Source of the DNA: Thermodesulfovibrionales bacterium
Lineage (GTDB): Bacteria > Nitrospirota > Thermodesulfovibrionia > Thermodesulfovibrionales > SM23-35
Direction of reading: 5' to 3'
NCBI GenBank assembly: GCA_963715195.1
Contig: CAVQRT010000035.1
Coordinates: 1 to 63,325 of the forward strand
Length of the DNA: 63,325 bases
Numbering within the stretch: position 1 is the first letter of the stretch; each line of letters starts with the position of its first letter. The notes beneath the pieces were generated by a model. It searched no databases, was not told the origin of the DNA, and was given only the letters and a program-made list of their open reading frames with translations. The position numbers and the translations under genes were made by a program. Shown piece by piece: positions 53,953-63,325 of this stretch.

Positions 53953-54483
53953 TCATGTCTCTTTCATCATTTTCTTTTTTCTTTTCCTTATAATTGAAAG
54001 AACGATCAGTCCTGCACCGGTAAAGAAAACGAGGAGACTGAAAATAACGATGTATTTGTAAGGGATATCAATCCTGCCTTTATGGGTCACTACTTTCTTT
54101 TTTTCGAGTTTCAGCCTGAATTCCATTTTCGGCATTTTCCCTCTGTAACGCTCTTCATAAAAGCGCTCGACGATTTCCGCCCGGGGAGTCCCTTCCGGGC
54201 CAAGTTGTGTCCTCGTGTATTCCTGCAGATCAGAGAAGAGCTGCTCATCCCTGTCAGGCACCATCTCGATCACGCTCTCCCTTAAGATCACCTCTCCTGA
54301 CAGCGCGTTTCTGAGTACATTCCCGAAGAGGGAGTCCTTTACGTCGTATGCTGACGTGAAAGGCAATACACCAAGCGGCAGCCCCATCCCGAGCAGAATC
54401 AGTATGATCCCCGCCGTCCTTTTACGGGTCATCTCAGGCCGGGTCCCCCGTGTGCTCTTCTCTTTACCTTTCCTTGCATTCAC
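53953..54483 (-). CDS. Hypothetical membrane protein
   Basis: N- and C-terminal TM helices. Confidence 0.55.
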   Translation of the reverse strand: MNARKGKEKSTRGTRPEMTRKRTAGIILILLGMGLPLGVLPFTSAYDVKDSLFGNVLRNALSGEVILRESVIEMVPDRDEQLFSDLQEYTRTQLGPEGTPRAEIVERFYEERYRGKMPKMEFRLKLEKKKVVTHKGRIDIPYKYIVIFSLLVFFTGAGLIVLSIIRKRKKKMMKET

Positions 54484-54543
54484 ACCTCTGCATTCCGACT
54501 GGGGTCTGCCCGTAGTACCGCAGAAATTCGAGATATCGAATCT

Positions 54544-56649
54544 TCACTCTTCTTTTCCGGGCATGGGCCCGAATACCACAATGTTATTGGTTTCATCCGT
54601 CTCTTCCACAGTGTCATCTGCATCAATCAGCGCGATTAAGTACCTGCCCGCCGCAGTCTCCCCCGGAGGGAGCTTGTATGAATACGCCTTGGGGTTCGAC
54701 CCCGAAGCCTTCACGTTCCCCGTTTTCGCCTTTTTTATTTTTCTGTCATTGGTATCCAGGACACCGTCATCAGAAAGAAAAAAGAGGATGACAGAAGACT
54801 TTGCATGATGAGTGCCGGTGTTTTCGACACTGAACTGTCCCCTGAGAGTGCATTTCCCGGAATCCTTTTTATACGCGCATGTTTCTTCCATAGAGTACCA
54901 CCGCCCCTGCAAATCAATATCCTCCTGAAAAAACGCGTTCAGTCTCCTGTCCGCATCCATCTCTACAGAGCAGTTCCTCTGGTGTGTACTGTCACAGCCG
55001 TTCCATTCTGCAAAAATATAGCCCTCGTTGGGTTGTGCGGTAAGCATAACGCCCATGCCGGAAAAATACTTCTCAGAACAGCTCGAATAACAGCTAATCC
55101 CGGCACCTGTAATGATTCCGCCGTCAGGTGGTTCAATATTAAGAGTCAGGAGATAATCTGTACCCGTCACGGTAATGTACGAGTGTTTTACTGCCGTATC
55201 AGTCCCGCCGGAACCGTATGCGGTGAGACTCACTGTGTAGGTGCCTTCAGATTCATAGGTATGACTTGGATGCTGTTCCGTGCTGTCTATGATCCCGTCG
55301 CCGTCAAGATCCCATTCCCAGGAGAACGGAGAATTCCTCGACTTGTCGTTGAAAAATACCGTAAGGGGGGATTCGCCATATGTCGGGCCGGCGCTGAAAT
55401 TGACCGGCGAACTGTCGCTCTCGATAAACTGTGAGACATCCCCCTTTGTAAAATTAATGGTATACGCGTTGTTAGCATTTTTTGAGCCCGCAGGACAGCC
55501 ATAGAAAGAGACGTCGGGATTCGAAAATGTCTGGGGTGGTATTCCGCTGTATGACATTACTGTCGCGAGTTTTCCTTTTGGTGCCTGTGCACATTTCGAC
55601 TTGTATCCATGAGAAAATTCAAAATAGCCTTCGTCACCGTTTTTGTTTCCTTCCTCATGGCCGCATCCAAAGTTATGGCCAATTTCGTGGATGAAACAAC
55701 GTGCGTTCTCAGGAGAAGTGATGATCGAATACGGGCCGTAGCGCTGTCCCACCCCGCGTGCCTCACAGGACATGCATCCGGATTTGCACCACATGATCAG
55801 CGTCACCAGGTCTGCCCTGTAGTCTTCTCTCAGCTGCTGTGCCTCGGCATAGGCCCCGGTTCCCTGGCTGAGTTCCCAGAGCGTCTTCTGCATCGTCTTG
55901 CCGCAGTTTTTTCCGATCTTTTGCGTGTGCACCAGTTCAAGCCGCGTCTCAACTCCGCTGTCGAGAAACGTCTGGTTCGCCTGTGAGATGAGTGAATGAA
56001 CCATAACGTCCATCTCTTCCCTGGAATATTTGCTTAACCAGTCCTCGTGATAGAGGACAAGGATATCAATCACTGAACCATCGTCACGTGAAAGAAGGGG
56101 CTTTTTTGCCGCAGCCGGCCAGGAGACATCTACCTCCACATCCATCCCGTCATCCGGGGATACCTCGCACGCAGGGTCGACTTCGGTCAGTATGAAGGAA
56201 TCACTCTCCGGAGCCGGGGCGATCCGGAACTGCCTTCCCCCAAAGGTATACACGCCGTAAAACCCATGGCCATCGGCATCGCATGTCAGGTATGCCCTGT
56301 CATGCGGGGTATCAGGAAGCTCACCTACCCAGCTTATATACCCGTTCTCATAGGTGTCGACATGCTGCTGACGATAGGTGACCGGCCCTGAACCGGGGAC
56401 AGGAATCTCGATCTCCCGGGGGCCTGCCATGGCCTGCATCAATACTCCAGCATCTACGGACACAGCCCTTTGCATGGATGAACACCTGAATTCCTTCTTC
56501 CTGCCGTTTTCCTTGTATACATCTGTCTTTTCATCGATATATGAAACAAGGGATTTTATTTCTCCCTCAGCAGGCCGTACACTGACCCCTGAGGCACTGA
56601 TCGCCATAAAGATGAGCAGCAGGGTCGAGATCAATGCAACGGACTTCAT
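54544..56649 (-). CDS. Secreted metzincin (M12/reprolysin-like) metallopeptidase with PKD, B-repeat and CARDB-like domains
   Basis: Signal peptide, HEIGHNFGCGH, Met-turn TVMSY, PKD W.WD.DGDG, E.DETNN. Confidence 0.85.
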   Translation of the reverse strand: MKSVALISTLLLIFMAISASGVSVRPAEGEIKSLVSYIDEKTDVYKENGRKKEFRCSSMQRAVSVDAGVLMQAMAGPREIEIPVPGSGPVTYRQQHVDTYENGYISWVGELPDTPHDRAYLTCDADGHGFYGVYTFGGRQFRIAPAPESDSFILTEVDPACEVSPDDGMDVEVDVSWPAAAKKPLLSRDDGSVIDILVLYHEDWLSKYSREEMDVMVHSLISQANQTFLDSGVETRLELVHTQKIGKNCGKTMQKTLWELSQGTGAYAEAQQLREDYRADLVTLIMWCKSGCMSCEARGVGQRYGPYSIITSPENARCFIHEIGHNFGCGHEEGNKNGDEGYFEFSHGYKSKCAQAPKGKLATVMSYSGIPPQTFSNPDVSFYGCPAGSKNANNAYTINFTKGDVSQFIESDSSPVNFSAGPTYGESPLTVFFNDKSRNSPFSWEWDLDGDGIIDSTEQHPSHTYESEGTYTVSLTAYGSGGTDTAVKHSYITVTGTDYLLTLNIEPPDGGIITGAGISCYSSCSEKYFSGMGVMLTAQPNEGYIFAEWNGCDSTHQRNCSVEMDADRRLNAFFQEDIDLQGRWYSMEETCAYKKDSGKCTLRGQFSVENTGTHHAKSSVILFFLSDDGVLDTNDRKIKKAKTGNVKASGSNPKAYSYKLPPGETAAGRYLIALIDADDTVEETDETNNIVVFGPMPGKEE

Positions 56650-56822
56650 CAGCCCTTGTTCTTGTTCCCGTATTTTTTCAGGAGCATTTCTATGCCCTCT
56701 TCGATGAGCACGTTCACCGCGCTGTTCTTATGAATCGCGAGTATCTTCAGCTTTTTCACCAGGTCAACCTTCAGCCTGAAACCGAATGATTTCCTTGCAA
56801 ATGTCAATTTTTCCCTTACCAT
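56649..56822 (-). CDS. 57-aa ribbon-helix-helix protein, absent from the ORF track
   Basis: MVREKLTFARKSFGFRLKVDLVKKLKILAIHKNSAVNVLIEEGIEMLLKKYGNKNKG; RBS GGAG; TGATG overlap with the peptidase gene. Confidence 0.7.
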   Translation of the reverse strand: MVREKLTFARKSFGFRLKVDLVKKLKILAIHKNSAVNVLIEEGIEMLLKKYGNKNKG

Positions 56823-57208
56823 TCTCCAGACCCGGAATACAGTATAGCATCAAAACGATAGTATTTCAAATTTTTATCTTTTTATTATTTTTAAATGATA
56901 GTATTTTGAGCGAATACGCCTCTTCATTCACTTCATGAAGAATCTTTTTCAGGAGAGCATTTGAATATATGTGGGGGTGTGACAGAGTGTACTACAGTGT
57001 AACGGGGGATATTCCTTTTTTCGGGTCGCTCAAACCCCGCCCCTGGCAGATGGTGCGGCGTAAGCCGGAGGATGAAGCAGCCTGGCGCGCCTGTTCCCTG
57101 AGATGTCCGGCCTTAGATAGTGCGGGCTAACCCGTGCCAACATGCCGGGAGATTTCAACAGGATTTGTGGGGAAACATCGGACAGGATGGAAAGGTGAAT
57201 AACAGGAA

Positions 57209-58081
57209 CTATCCCCGGGTGGCGATAAACACGTATTGCTCTCTCCCCAAGTACCCGAAATTCTTCGACCAATAGAAATGTGCGGACACATCATTGAATC
57301 CGGCCTCTCTCAGCTGATCAAGCATTTCCCACCCGAACACGTAAAAAGAAAGGGACCCGTGGTCCGGATTCACGGGATTGCCGTGTATTTCGGGAGGGAG
57401 CAAATGCTGTATTTCATCACGGTCGTTCATGATCGCCCGCACCAGGTTCTCCTCGCGATTCGTGTCGAACGGCACCGTAAAAAAGAGCTTCCCGCGGGGC
57501 TTCAGCACTCGGTGGCATTCCCTGAACGCCGTCTGAAAATCGGGGATATGCTCGAACACATCAAACGACAGCACAAAGTCAAACGTACCGTCGAAGAATG
57601 AAAGCTTTGTGAGGTTCTCATTTCTGATACCGTTTCTGTGAATACCGGACGGTACGCTTCCCCCGAAATATTCTGTTCCGGTCACGTTCACATAATGCCT
57701 TGCGAGCCACTCGTATACAGGAGTAACTCTCTCGGTTATATAGATTGCCGAGTGTTCCCTGTCAGTTTTGAGAAGCATTTCGAAAAGGTGAATGCAGGCT
57801 CTCATACGGTTGTTGAGTCCGCATACGGGGCAAATGAGGCGTTCCCTCCAGTTTGGAGTCAGGAGGCCTTGTATGGTACAGGAGAGCAGATAATCAAATG
57901 AAAAAGGCACTGCTCTGCGGCATGGATAGCAGTAACCCGTGACAGCACACGAACGGTGACCCTCGAGAAGGCTTCGTTCGTACTCCTGTCTCTTCGCGTA
58001 TTCAGAATCCCTTGACTGAACATGTTCCCCGTAGGCTTCGCGTGAACCGATGCTCGCAACAGGGAAAAAGGTGTCTTTCAT
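57209..58081 (-). CDS. Class I SAM-dependent methyltransferase with N-terminal Cys pairs
   Basis: C..C…RE.L.C..C..N.R.R, FD.V.S.DVFEHIPD, RVLKP.G. Confidence 0.85.
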   Translation of the reverse strand: MKDTFFPVASIGSREAYGEHVQSRDSEYAKRQEYERSLLEGHRSCAVTGYCYPCRRAVPFSFDYLLSCTIQGLLTPNWRERLICPVCGLNNRMRACIHLFEMLLKTDREHSAIYITERVTPVYEWLARHYVNVTGTEYFGGSVPSGIHRNGIRNENLTKLSFFDGTFDFVLSFDVFEHIPDFQTAFRECHRVLKPRGKLFFTVPFDTNREENLVRAIMNDRDEIQHLLPPEIHGNPVNPDHGSLSFYVFGWEMLDQLREAGFNDVSAHFYWSKNFGYLGREQYVFIATRG

Positions 58082-58109
58082 CTTGTGTGGGAATCCCCGG
58101 GGAGCCCCT

Positions 58110-59780
58110 TCAGATGCCCCCCTCCTTGTCTTCAGTGCTTCCCGGTGCCTCCCGGCCTCCCTGAATCTCGGAGAGCAGCCTTTTTACCCCTTTCTCAGAA
58201 GTTCTGAGGTTCATCCTGCATGTCTCGATCAGGCGGGCAGCCCTCTTTAGTTTGTCGGCGAGCACCTCAATCTGCAGGCTCTCATCCCTGATCTGCCGCA
58301 TAATCCCTTCAACCTCCTCGATTGCGAGGGCATAGGTTGACTCTTCCTCCAGCAGGTATTCGCGCGGGTAGAAGGACTTGACAAGGTCCTCGATGTACTC
58401 AATCCTCTCCCTTCCGAACGGCTGTCCCTGCCAGTCGAAGGGATAATCATGGTTTCCCTTTTTTCTGAAAAGTGCAAAATTCTCCCTCTTTTCAACACAT
58501 TCCCAGTGCGGGTCGTTCAGCATGAACCTGAAAAGGATATGACAGCTGATTATGTCGGTATCATCAATGATCACGAGACCAAATCGCTTTAAAAGCATCG
58601 CGCAGTAAAACCAGTCGACGATCGGGAAGGGAAATCGGTGAGCCCCGTCAATAAAGATGAGGTCGTAACTCTCTCCCGGCAGTGACGGAATGTGTTCAAA
58701 AGACTGCCCGATTATGAATTCGGCCGTATCAAGTGCGATGTCTGATCCTGTACAGTACTCCCTGATACGCGCAACTTCATCATTCGACGGAACGATGCAG
58801 GTATGCTGGCACTTGCGTGAGAGAAAAATCACGGTGCTGTACCCGGCGCCTATTTCGAGTGTCTTCATGCCGGGCTTCAGGTAGTGCTCGATGAGGGCCA
58901 GTAAATTCTTATTCGAATACCAGGTAATACGCCCTCCTTTGCCGTCATCGTGAAACATGGGGTTGTCTCTTTCGAGCTTTTCAAGAATTGTCTGCGGTTC
59001 ACCCTCGGGAGGCATCGTTTTCACGGGCCGGTGTGACGGATTGAACATGTGTGCGACGTGCGCCATTCTGTAGGCCTCTTTCATAAACTCGGGGTTTTCA
59101 ACAATGAAAGGTTCGGATTCGGCCGATGAGCCGTCACGGGCGAAGAGCGAAAAACAGTCGGTGAGGGGGCCGCCCCCCCAGTTAATAATTTCCTGGGAAA
59201 GACACTTAAGTCCCGATTCTTTACAGTAGCTCCTGAAAAGTTCGGCAGACATGCTCTTCGCGCGCCAGTGGAGATTGGCCACTGTCAGCTCCCCGGTTTC
59301 AGGGTCAGTGAAGGCACCGAGGTTTGAATGGTGGATAAACCCGAATCCCCCCTCTTTCAATTTCCTGGCTATTTGAGGCACGTAGAGGCTCATGATATCG
59401 CTCTCCACGTGGACAAGAGAATCCCAGCTGAAGATAAAATCTATTGAACCGTCCGGCACCATCTCCAGGGTTTTGCCATCGTTCACAAAATAACGTATAT
59501 GGGAATACTTTTCGAAGCGTTTCCTGCAGTAATCGATGCCCTTCTCCGAGATGTCAACCACAGTAAGCTCATCGCAGAGAGGGGCAAGATACTGGGTGCA
59601 TCTCCCGAAACCGGGAGCGATTTCAAGCACATTTCCGGTCGGCAGAAAGGCCTGTATACGGGGAAATACCGTACCGTACCAGAGATACGATGTGCCCCCC
59701 CATTCGGATGACCACTCGTCCCCGGCCTTTGCCCACTCAAACGTTTCAAACATCTTACGGTTTTCATCAAGTGTAGGCAC
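58110..59780 (-). CDS. Tandem class I methyltransferases with C-terminal XseB-like helical domain
   Basis: VLEIAPGFGR…FSWDSLVH; second domain LEIGAGYST…IFIDGAH; tail TY..AIEEVE.I…I….L.IE.L..K.KRA..LI..CR..L. Confidence 0.8.
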   Translation of the reverse strand: MPTLDENRKMFETFEWAKAGDEWSSEWGGTSYLWYGTVFPRIQAFLPTGNVLEIAPGFGRCTQYLAPLCDELTVVDISEKGIDYCRKRFEKYSHIRYFVNDGKTLEMVPDGSIDFIFSWDSLVHVESDIMSLYVPQIARKLKEGGFGFIHHSNLGAFTDPETGELTVANLHWRAKSMSAELFRSYCKESGLKCLSQEIINWGGGPLTDCFSLFARDGSSAESEPFIVENPEFMKEAYRMAHVAHMFNPSHRPVKTMPPEGEPQTILEKLERDNPMFHDDGKGGRITWYSNKNLLALIEHYLKPGMKTLEIGAGYSTVIFLSRKCQHTCIVPSNDEVARIREYCTGSDIALDTAEFIIGQSFEHIPSLPGESYDLIFIDGAHRFPFPIVDWFYCAMLLKRFGLVIIDDTDIISCHILFRFMLNDPHWECVEKRENFALFRKKGNHDYPFDWQGQPFGRERIEYIEDLVKSFYPREYLLEEESTYALAIEEVEGIMRQIRDESLQIEVLADKLKRAARLIETCRMNLRTSEKGVKRLLSEIQGGREAPGSTEDKEGGI

Positions 59781-59861
59781 TGTTACTCTCTCCTGATTAA
59801 TGAGATTTCCGCGCAGAAAAAAATCCGGGAACCGGCAAAAAATAATGTTGCAACAATGTTA

Positions 59862-59890
59862 AAGTTAAACTGTTGCATGCTTTTTGTCAA
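59862..59890 (-). promoter_or_regulatory. Sigma70-type promoter for the methyltransferase pair
   Basis: TTGACA-17nt-TAACTT. Confidence 0.5.
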
Positions 59891-60003
59891 GTCAGGCGGC
59901 CCTGTAACAGGACAATTCATCTGCGTTGCACTGAGCCCGTTCCCGCAGAGAATCGCAACGCTTCCCCGTTCCCGTCAAGACGCCCTTGCAAGTGCTTCAA
60001 TCC

Positions 60004-60094
60004 CATGGGGTCAGGTCTCAACATTTGACATTCAAAGCTTTTTTGATGAAACAGGCGTAGTCATGAATGTCAAATGTTGAGACCTGACCCCATG
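60004..60094. repeat. Perfect 31-bp inverted repeat (REP/MITE-like)
   Basis: CATGGGGTCAGGTCTCAACATTTGACATTCA (60004-60034) and its exact reverse complement (60064-60094), 29-nt spacer. Confidence 0.9.
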
Positions 60095-60120
60095 ATCCCC
60101 ATTTCCATGAATAATCCAGC

Positions 60121-63100
60121 TCAGATTTCCGGGTGATTCGCGTGTGACGGGCCCAGCCCCATAAGAGAACGGACGTCTTCCAGAACAGTGTAGAGGGCCG
60201 GAATCAGAAGCAGCGTAATGCCCGTTGCAAAAAGGACACCGAATGCAAGGCTTATGGCCATCGGGATCAGGAACTGCGCCTGGACGCTCGTTTCCAGTAT
60301 CATCGGTGTCAATCCGAAAAATGTGGTCAGAGACGTCAGGAGAATCGGACGGAAACGCCTCCTGCAGGATTCTGCAATCGCCTGAAAAAGCTCGGCTCCT
60401 TCCCTTCTCACGGTTGGTGTAACTATGAGAAGGAGGGAGTCATTCACCACCACGCCCGCCAGGCCGACCATGCCGAACATGCTCAGGATGGTCAGGTGAA
60501 ACCCCATGAGGAGGTGCCCGAGGATAGCGCCGACCATGCCGAACGGAATTGCTGACATGATCAGGAGCGGCTGGGTGTAGCTCTGAAGGGGATAGCCAGG
60601 AGGGCGTAGATACCGAATAATGCAAGTATGAACCCGGTCTTCATGCTCTCAAAAGATTCCCTGCTTTCTTTTGCCTCGCCTTCAAGGTTGTAGGAAAGCC
60701 CGGGATAGTTTCATCATGAGATCAGACAATACGGTACTCTTCATGTTCTGAATGATCTCTTCCGCATTCGCAATGCCGCTGTCCACACTCGCGGTGACAT
60801 TGATCACCCTCTTGCGGTCTGTGCGATTGATTTCACTGAAGCCCCTCCCTTCGGTCACATGTGCGGCAGTGAGCAGAGGAACCTCCCCGCCATCTGGCGT
60901 CCGAATACGCATTGACTCAAGGTCCCAGAGGCTCTTCCGGTCCTTCTCCGGATACCTGACCATGACCTTCACCTCGTTCCGCTCGCGCTGCAACCTCAAT
61001 GCTTCGGCGCCAAAGAACGCACCCCTGAGTTGTCTTCCCCAGGTCCTCCTCGGAAATGCCGAGTGTACGCGCTTCGGGTTTCAGCCGTATCTTCAGTTCC
61101 CTGTTCCCCCTTGCATAGTTATCGACGATATCCCCGACCCCGGGATAATGCTGCAGCGTCTCTTTTATCTCTTCTGCCGCTTTTTCCAGGACCGCGAAAT
61201 CTTCATGTGCGATCAGGATGTTGATATCATCACCGAGATGCACAATGTTTGCCCTGAACGTGAGAGAATCAGACCCCGGGGATAGACCTGGCCGATGCCC
61301 TCCATTTCTGATTGATCTCTGATGCAGATATCCCCCGCTGTTCGCTCGGGGTAAGGAACAGGACGATATTGGCAAGATGAGAACCTGACGCTGCCTCTTC
61401 ACCAAGCGCCCCTGCCTCGGCAATTGTCCCGCCTATAAGCGAGTAGATATGGCGCATCACCGAATCCCCCCTGGACGGTCCCTGTCATATTCCGCAACGA
61501 TCTCCTTTGCCTTGCCCACAATGTGATCATGTGCCTGTGCGGTTTTCTCAACCGGTGTGCCCCTCGGCATTTCCGGGATTTTCACGATAATTTCATCTCC
61601 TTCAACCTCCGGCATGAAATGAAATTTCATCCCCCCCCCTTGTATAAGCCCAATGGTAATAAGCACGCTGACGACTGCAATTGCAATGGTCACATACCGG
61701 TTTCTCAGGCAGAGTTCAAGCAGCCTGTTGTAGGGACCCTGAATGAAGTTTTCCATCCTCCGCACAAACCCTTCCCGCGCAAGGCCTAGTGCCCCCAGGG
61801 AATTCTCCCCCTTTTTCGGATGTTTCCCGAATGACAGGTGTGCGGGAAGGATGAAAAGGGATTCAAGCAACGAAACAACGATGACACTGATGACGATCAA
61901 TGGGATGACTTTGATAATTTGCCTCTACCCCGGTCACAAAGATCGGGGGAGAAATGCTGCAATCGAGGTCAGCACCGCAAAGGTGACCGGTCTTCCGACT
62001 TCCAACGCGCCATCGACTGCCGCCTTGATAAACGGCTTTCCCCTCTGCCGGTGCTCAAAGATATTCTCACCTACGATAATGGCATCATCAACAACAATGC
62101 CAAGGGCCATAATGAATGCGAAAAGTGACATCATGTTGATGGACACATCCATTGCGGGCATGAATAAAAGCGCGCCAAGAAAAGAGATCGGGATACCCAG
62201 CATTACCCATAGGGCAAGGCGTATTCGCAGAAACATGCTGAGCACAATGAATACCAGGATCAGGCCGATCAATCCGTTCTTCATGAGCAGCTTCTTCCTG
62301 CCTTCATAAAGTTCTGTCATATCGCTGTAAGTCGCTATCTGCACGGACCCGGGAAGTTCGAGTCTCTTTCTTTCGACATATTCCTTCACGATACGGGATA
62401 TCTGTGTCGGCTTTTGATCGCTGACCCTGAAGACCTGCACCGTTGCGGCCGGCATCCCGTCAAAACGTGCGCGCAGGTCGGTATCACGGAAAGTGTCGCG
62501 TACTTCGGCAATCTCCCCAAGGGTCACCTCTGTCCCGTCAGGGCGGGAAATGATCGCAATCCTTTTATATTCATCGCCTGTATACCGCCGTTCCTTTGTC
62601 CGTATGAGTATCTCGCTTGTTTCCGTTTTAATCTTTCCTCCCGGCAGGTCCAGTGAGGCCCTCCGCACCCGGTTCGCCACCTGATCAAGCGTCAGGTTAT
62701 AACGTCTCAGGTTCTCCTCGGGGATTTCAATGGATATCTCATAGGGACGGACCCCCGCCTAAATCGACCTGGGTAATCTGTGGGATCTCCAGCAGTTCAT
62801 CCCGAACAGCCTCCGCCTGCTCACGCAGGGCACGCTCGGAAACCTCTCCGTAGACAACGACCGAAATCACCCCGTACCTGGCGAGTATCTCCGTGATGAC
62901 CGGCCTTTCAGCGTCCGCGGGGAATGTGTCGATGCGGTCTACCTCGGTCTTTATGTCCTGGAGCACACGGTCAGCATCTCTTCGTTCTCCAGAAGCTCTG
63001 CCGTGACAGTACCGAATCCTTCCGCCGCAACCGATTTTATCTCCTTGATCCCGTCAACACCCGTGATGTTTTCCTCGATCTTCAGGATTATGCCCTCTTC

Positions 63101-63281
63101 CACCTCTTCGGGGCCGGCCCCTGGGTATTCTACCGACACCTTCACCATGTCCAGCGATATTTCCGGGAAGACCTCCTGCTTGATCGGAAAAACCCATCAC
63201 CAGTCCCCCGACAATGAAGACCATCATCAGCAGGTTGGCGGCCACATGGTTATGTGCCATCCACTGTATTGCCTGTTTCAT
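60121..63281 (-). CDS. RND efflux permease (AcrB/AcrD/AcrF family), many frameshifts
   Basis: N.VAANLLM, LGIVVDDAII.GEN, G.VVNDSL, RFRPILLTSLTT. Confidence 0.9.
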
Positions 63282-63325
63282 TTCACCGTGCCCGGCTGAT
63301 CAACCCTGAGCTTCATCCCGTCGGC
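63278..63325 (-). CDS. 3' end of a probable RND periplasmic adaptor subunit
   Basis: …ADGMKLRVDQPGTVK* overlapping the permease start (ATGA). Confidence 0.5.
   Translation of the reverse strand, partial: ADGMKLRVDQPGTVK

Noticed and set aside
57064..57135. SRP RNA or c-di-GMP-I riboswitch
   Set aside because: Only fragments match (GAAGCAGCC; TCCGGCCT…GCGGG); the SRP TCAGG/GGAA loop and the riboswitch GGCAAA/GACGCAAA elements are absent
1..63325. Many frameshifts (bamA, ATPase 1, radical SAM, ompA, nuoC/D/J, tadA, RND) read as pseudogenes or programmed frameshifting
   Set aside because: They are single-base indels, often at homopolymers, hit normally essential genes, and leave motifs intact; sequencing error is the simplest explanation

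Overview
63-kb bacterial chromosomal segment, most likely from an anaerobic Nitrospirota/Thermodesulfovibrionia-like organism (inferred from gene content; not verified). Many genes carry single-base frameshifts, probably long-read consensus errors. Layout: (1) an Omp85/BamA gene and a SurA-like gene. (2) An AT-richer accessory region (~3.1-25.7 kb): galT, two P-type ATPase paralogues, a sigma54-driven envelope/lipoprotein cluster, DedA, MipA, a prokaryotic pentameric ligand-gated ion channel, an SRPBCC/epimerase module, and a globin sensor whose 3' end is interrupted by a 182-bp non-autonomous IS200/IS605 element. Nearly every spacer between 13 and 25.7 kb carries a recurring 17-bp motif, suggesting a cassette array. 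(3) menA, a hydrolase, an orphan CbbQ/CbbO pair and a nitroreductase. (4) An 11-subunit complex I (nuoABCDHIJKLMN, no nuoEFG) whose NuoD contains an inserted 2x[4Fe-4S] ferredoxin domain, transcribed divergently from nfnAB. (5) tadA, tRNA-Ser, tRNA-Val, a PilZ protein, a RelA/SpoT homologue with a degenerate synthetase domain, a cyclase-like protein, an RHH-metallopeptidase pair, methyltransferases (one fused to an XseB-like domain) and an RND pump. The best candidates for undescribed systems are the ferredoxin-fused NuoD/NfnAB respiratory module and the motif-delimited cassette array.
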